A stretch of 50,707 nt of DNA from a virus. Taxonomy: Duplodnaviria > Caudoviricetes. The stretch spans positions 1-50,707 of the IMG/VR virus record IMGVR_UViG_3300036801_000089. The stretch is one strand, 5' to 3'. Below, in pieces: positions 46,552-50,707 of this stretch (position 1 is the stretch's first letter; each line of letters begins with the position of its first letter). Under the pieces are notes generated by a model. That model did not search any database. It was not told the origin of the DNA and saw only the letters and a list, made by a program, of their open reading frames with translations. A program made the position numbers and the translations under genes.

Positions 46552-46956
46552 TTAATGTACCTCAACGGGTGGAACTTCCACGTCGGAAGGTCGCTGCCGA
46601 GCTTTGGCTTCCAGTGCCGCAATCTCTTCCTTAGTCAGTTCCGGTATCGGAACAGCGGGTGGCTTGAGAGGTTGACCACACCAATAGCAAAAATTATCTT
46701 CGGCGTCTGCAATTCTGCCGCACTTGCAGGATATGCCGTGAATAATCCTTGTCCCGTCAACTCTGCACCAAATATCGCCATCTTGAGGCACCTTACTACA
46801 TTTTAGACATGCTGATCTTGACGGGATAGCAGTATTGATCTGCGCTGGTTGTTTATCCATCATTGCGCGCACGGTGGGTTTGCACATACACCTACACTGG
46901 GGATCAATGCACGCAGCGTGCTGTCCGCTAACACAAGCCTCGCAAAAACCTGGGAT
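46552..46956 (-). CDS. double zinc-ribbon protein (start 46956 ATC or 46887 ATG)
   Basis: CLKC..WCRVDG..CKCG..FCYWCG. Confidence 0.6.
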   Translation of the reverse strand: MPGFCEACVSGQHAACIDPQCRCMCKPTVRAMMDKQPAQINTAIPSRSACLKCSKVPQDGDIWCRVDGTRIIHGISCKCGRIADAEDNFCYWCGQPLKPPAVPIPELTKEEIAALEAKARQRPSDVEVPPVEVH

Positions 46957-46977
46957 AAAGCACCTCTCTGTAAATTA

Positions 46978-47157
46978 TTATTTTAATACTGGCCGCTTGC
47001 GCTTCCATCGGGCTAGTGCGGCGTCGCGGGCCTTCAAACGGTTAGCGCGTGACTTCGCAGGACTCGATACTCTCCCGCCTTTGGCGCCACGGCAGGAGAG
47101 ACACGGGAATGGCCGTGAGTGAATTGCGCAGATGCCTTGAGTTTGTGTTCCTCTCAT
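46978..47157 (-). CDS. small basic protein
   Basis: GAKGG...K...AALARW motif. Confidence 0.55.
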   Translation of the reverse strand: MRGTQTQGICAIHSRPFPCLSCRGAKGGRVSSPAKSRANRLKARDAALARWKRKRPVLK

Positions 47158-47227
47158 AGTGATGCCCAAGCTAACATAGGTGTCCTTTGATTTGCAATGA
47201 CGCCAGAATGTCGATACACTTCCCGCG

Positions 47228-47485
47228 ATGCCCGAACTTCCGCCGTGCCCGAATCATACCGAAGGAACCTGTCCGCGCTCCGATGTGTACGTCGAGAAAG
47301 AGGGCGACACGTTTTTTACGTTTCGGTGCCGCACTTGCTGTTCGTCAAACGTATTCCCCAAAGAAAAAGAGGAATCGGCCGGCCGTTATCAAAGCTGGCT
47401 GAAGCATCAAGCTGCCCGCACTGCCCAAGTTCGCTACGAATCAAGTAGACCTGAATACTCGCTGCCGAGCGATAGGAGAAAATAA
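47228..47485 (+). CDS. small zinc-binding protein
   Basis: CPNH...CRTC. Confidence 0.55.
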   Translation: MPELPPCPNHTEGTCPRSDVYVEKEGDTFFTFRCRTCCSSNVFPKEKEESAGRYQSWLKHQAARTAQVRYESSRPEYSLPSDRRK

Positions 47486-47668
47486 ATGCCGACTGACACA
47501 ATCCAAAAGCACAATGCTTCAAGTTATACCGTGGCCGAAAATGTCTGTTCAAGGCACGGTCACACCCTAGCTCTCTTTGCAGTTGATAAACCAAACAAAA
47601 AAGAGACTTTCCTGTGTAGCAAATGCGGGCTGTCTCTCGATGAAATACGTAAAGGGGAGATGGACTAA
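47486..47668 (+). CDS. small zinc-binding protein
   Basis: AGGAG RBS; C..HGH...CSKCG. Confidence 0.55.
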   Translation: MPTDTIQKHNASSYTVAENVCSRHGHTLALFAVDKPNKKETFLCSKCGLSLDEIRKGEMD

Positions 47669-48219
47669 TGGGAATGTCCGCTGAAGCCCGCGCTGCCGCA
47701 TCCGAGCGCATGAAAGCGATGCTCGCCAAGAAACGCGAGAAGAAGTCTGCCGTCGATCCCGCCCTACAAGAAGCGATGGCGAAGCAGCCGATACGGTCTA
47801 GCGCAAATGTTCCAGACACGGCTAACTCTACTGGACTACCACCCGTCACGTTTCATGTTCCCGAAGGTCAGTCGCAATATGTTCCCAACTCAATAAATGT
47901 CGCAGTGGACTGGGAAAGAACGCCAATGCCCGAGGCGCAGACCTTCTACGCGCACCTGAAAGCAGAGTTCGAGAAGGCAGGGAAGATCCTCAACGCCCGA
48001 TCCAGCGAGCGCACAATGGGATATACCTGCTTCATGTGCAAGAAGCACTTTGCCGGCAATCCGGGCTTCACGGACTATTCGTACCGTGATCCAGATACGG
48101 GACTCTCACCTCGGGTGGACTGCTGCGGGGAACTCTGTGTGATCAACTACCACAAATTCAGGATTGACATGCGCCTCGCGGAAAACGTGAAGCGCGGCGC
48201 CGAGCAGCGGGGAGAGTAG
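47668..48219 (+). CDS. hypothetical protein upstream of terminase
   Basis: Coupled to terL; small-subunit role unproven. Confidence 0.55.
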   Translation: MGMSAEARAAASERMKAMLAKKREKKSAVDPALQEAMAKQPIRSSANVPDTANSTGLPPVTFHVPEGQSQYVPNSINVAVDWERTPMPEAQTFYAHLKAEFEKAGKILNARSSERTMGYTCFMCKKHFAGNPGFTDYSYRDPDTGLSPRVDCCGELCVINYHKFRIDMRLAENVKRGAEQRGE

Positions 48220-50018
48220 TGAAAGCGCCAGAACAAACCTGGCTTGACCGCTCCCGCCAACTCTTTACTCGCCTCCCCGTCCGACACATTTCAACGCAGC
48301 GAATGGCCCCGTTTATTTTCAATCCTAACCAGGAACTTCGCTGGCGCATGATCTGCGAGCAGTGGCGCACGCAAAAGATTATCCGCATCATCGACCTAAA
48401 ATCTCGTCGCGTGGGAGTCTCCGCGCAGACCGATGCGATGATGTGGGCATTCGCTCTGGCCTTCCCGCACATGAACACAAAGATCGTGGCGCACTTGGCA
48501 GGGTCAGCCGAAGAATTGTTCCGCGTACCCTCAGACCTCGCGCGCGCATTCCCCGGATTCCCGCTAGAAGATATTCAGCAGAAGCGATTGCTGTTTCGCC
48601 ATCCTGACGGGGATAGCCAGATGACGATGGCGACGGCGGGCACACCGTCTGCGGGACGCGGCGGAACCCTGTCCGCGCTGCATCTTTCCGAAGCTGCCTT
48701 CTATCCTTCGGACGAATCGTTTACGTCCATGATTTCCTCAGTCAGCAAGGGCGAAGGCAGCATCATCGTGATCGAGTCCACGGCGAATGGAAGGGAGGGA
48801 CCAGGTGAAGCGTTCGCGGAATACTGGGAAAACGCGGTGGCTGGTCGCAACGGCTACATTCCAATTTTTCTCGGATGGCTCAATGACCCGCAGTGTCGTC
48901 GTCCTGAAGAAGAAGCTGGAGATGCCCCGAAGGACGATCTTGAAAAAGAATTAATGCTCCCGCCGTTCAATGCCACGCGCGAGCAGATTGCGTGGATGCG
49001 GAGAACCAAGTCAGACGACTGCCGCGGACAGGAAGTTAAGTGGCTGCAAGATTTTCCGCACTGTCCCGAGGTTGCTTTTCAGGTGTCAGGTTTCCCTGCG
49101 TTCCCGCGTGAGGAGTTAGCCTATGCCGAATCGACGATCAAAGACCCGCTATGCCGAGGCAAGTTCGAGCGCACCCCTGTAGCGCCGGGATATAAATTCG
49201 TGCGCGATGACATGGGACCAGTATTCCTATGGAAGTTTCCCTACGATGAACGAAAGAAGCCCGATGGACTGCACTACTATGTGGGCGCGGACGCGGCACT
49301 GGGAACCGAGGAAGGCGACTTCGCGGCTTATGTCTGCATCTGCGGGGAAACCGGGGAACTGGCTGCTAGATTTGCCGAACGCATCGCACCGGAAGTTCTG
49401 GCCGACCAGCTTGATATGTGCGGAAGATTCTTTAGCACCGCAATGCTGAACATCGAGTTAACCGGGAACCTCGGGCGCTGGGCGCTTATTATTTTGCGCG
49501 ACAAATACCGCTACCCGAAGATTTACGCATGGAAGGGCCGCGACGACCGGAAGCGCGGCAAGAGCCGGAGCATTGCTCTCGGATTCGAGATGAACCAAGC
49601 AACACGCCGACTGATCGTGGACGCTGCGCGGCACGGGATTCGCATGGGCATTAAGCAGGAGCCGGGAGCACTTCGCATTCACGACCGCGCACTGATGAGT
49701 CAATTGTCGCTGATGACGATCAAGGAATGGCGCTGGGAAGTGCTGCGGGATCACGACGACATTGCCGTAGCTTGGATGATTGCGTGTTTGACGCGAGAGC
49801 AGTATCCTCCTGCGCGTATGAAGTTCGCACCTAAGAACACGATGGACCCGGAGAATCCGCGAGCTATGCTCGATGGTTTGCCGATCAAAGAAGAAATTTC
49901 TGGCTTCCTGAGGCAAGAAATGTACCAGACAATGACGCGCTCGGGCCTGCGGCGGGACTCGAACGGCTGGATGAAGGGGAATGGACGCCGGAAGATCGAC
50001 CGACTCGCTGGAATCTAG
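48219..50018 (+). CDS. terL: terminase large subunit
   Basis: Walker A KSRRVGVS, Walker B LHLSE, IESTANG coupling motif, RNase H-like GAD...HDD. Confidence 0.9.
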   Translation: MKAPEQTWLDRSRQLFTRLPVRHISTQRMAPFIFNPNQELRWRMICEQWRTQKIIRIIDLKSRRVGVSAQTDAMMWAFALAFPHMNTKIVAHLAGSAEELFRVPSDLARAFPGFPLEDIQQKRLLFRHPDGDSQMTMATAGTPSAGRGGTLSALHLSEAAFYPSDESFTSMISSVSKGEGSIIVIESTANGREGPGEAFAEYWENAVAGRNGYIPIFLGWLNDPQCRRPEEEAGDAPKDDLEKELMLPPFNATREQIAWMRRTKSDDCRGQEVKWLQDFPHCPEVAFQVSGFPAFPREELAYAESTIKDPLCRGKFERTPVAPGYKFVRDDMGPVFLWKFPYDERKKPDGLHYYVGADAALGTEEGDFAAYVCICGETGELAARFAERIAPEVLADQLDMCGRFFSTAMLNIELTGNLGRWALIILRDKYRYPKIYAWKGRDDRKRGKSRSIALGFEMNQATRRLIVDAARHGIRMGIKQEPGALRIHDRALMSQLSLMTIKEWRWEVLRDHDDIAVAWMIACLTREQYPPARMKFAPKNTMDPENPRAMLDGLPIKEEISGFLRQEMYQTMTRSGLRRDSNGWMKGNGRRKIDRLAGI

Positions 50019-50044
50019 TATTAAAATAATAATGGAGGCGAACC

Positions 50045-50551
50045 ATGCCAGCGTATCGGCCAGAATTGCAACGGTTTTGGGAGAAAGTAAAAAAGACCGA
50101 TTATTGCTGGATTTGGAAAGGCAGAATCACTGATCTAGGATACGGAGAGTTCTACCCATACGATAGATCAATAGTAAAAGCTCATCGCTATTCTTATGTC
50201 TTAAAAAATGGGCCTATACCCAACGGGAAGGAATTGGATCACCTTTGCCGCAATCGGGCTTGTGTGAATCCAGATCATCTTGAACTAGTGACGCACAGAG
50301 AAAATATTTTGAGGGGAATTGCCCCATCCTCAGTAAATGCAAAGAAAAATGCCTGCATTCACGGGCATTTATTTGTTCCCGAAAATACCAAGATGGAACT
50401 GACGCCAGAAGGAACTCCTGCCAGAAGATGTCGCATTTGTGAAATACTGCGTGGCGCGAGGCGAGGATGGCAAAGGACAGTACGTAGCGAGGAAAAACTT
50501 AAACATCTACTTACGATCGCGCAGGAGAATAACAATGTGTCCAGCTTATAA
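50045..50551 (+). CDS. HNH homing endonuclease
   Basis: RFW.KV....CW.W.G...GYG, AHR.SY, LDHLCRNRACVNPDHLE.VT..EN. Confidence 0.9.
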   Translation: MPAYRPELQRFWEKVKKTDYCWIWKGRITDLGYGEFYPYDRSIVKAHRYSYVLKNGPIPNGKELDHLCRNRACVNPDHLELVTHRENILRGIAPSSVNAKKNACIHGHLFVPENTKMELTPEGTPARRCRICEILRGARRGWQRTVRSEEKLKHLLTIAQENNNVSSL

Positions 50552-50707
50552 TCGTGGCGATGCAAGCCTCGAATCGTACCTCGTAAAGATCATCGCGGCT
50601 CTGTGCCGACAAGCAGGCGGGGAGATTCGCATCCGTGGCGACCTGATCGACATGATCGACCAGCCTGTGACTCTGCTAAAAGACTGGGACTCTAAAAACC
50701 AGGAGCT
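50535..50707 (+). CDS. hypothetical protein, truncated by window end
   Basis: AGGAG RBS; open frame MCPAYNRGDASLESYLVK... to the end. Confidence 0.5.
   Translation, partial: MCPAYNRGDASLESYLVKIIAALCRQAGGEIRIRGDLIDMIDQPVTLLKDWDSKNQE

Larger units (their letters stand above)
8900..50031. repeat. dispersed 13-bp palindrome TATTA-(TTT/AAA)-TAATA, 13 exact copies
   Basis: Starts at 8900, 13057, 19830, 23731, 31962, 35459, 37054, 39248, 42920, 44793, 45972, 46976, 50019; near copies at 2691, 4876, 26051. Confidence 0.9.
1..50707. mobile_element. tailed bacteriophage genome (podovirus-like), most of the genome
   Basis: Terminase, capsid, ejection, lysis and replication modules; no core host housekeeping loci. 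Confidence 0.92.

Noticed and set aside
47668-48219. Terminase small subunit call
   Set aside because: Only position supports it; no recognisable TerS motif
8900-50031. Palindrome as dif/XerD-type recombination sites (resembles TATTATGTTAAAT)
   Set aside because: No conserved XerC-side arm or flanks, no recombinase in the window, and many copies lie inside genes

Overview
The window is a near-complete, circularly permuted tailed-phage genome of podovirus-like layout. No tape measure, integrase or portal is visible; the portal probably lies just past the window end. The host may be an Acidobacterium, but that is inference only. Gene order: head genes (scaffold, major capsid), adaptor/nozzle, ejection-type proteins, four signal-peptide-bearing Cys/Ser/Thr-rich adhesin-like genes and holin-like genes (+); a leftward operon (Tat lipoprotein, glycosyltransferase-sulfotransferase fusion, APS kinase, papain-like peptidase, lysozyme); an early recombination/replication region; a glycosylation island (RGP/STELLO-like enzyme, DNA methylase, B12 radical SAM, four glycosyltransferases); then the terminase. 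Five signals stand out. (1) The AT-only palindrome TATTA-WWW-TAATA occurs as 13 exact copies across the genome, including inside coding sequence. (2) A CPxCxSxSTVxV...CNxCG zinc ribbon is shared by a head-operon microprotein and the C-termini of two glycosyltransferases. (3) Together the enzymes form a candidate sulfated/methylated glycan-decoration system. (4) The tail-fibre-position proteins carry signal peptides. (5) A tRNA(CAU) is nested in an uninterrupted CDS. All calls come from reading motifs by eye; no searches were run.
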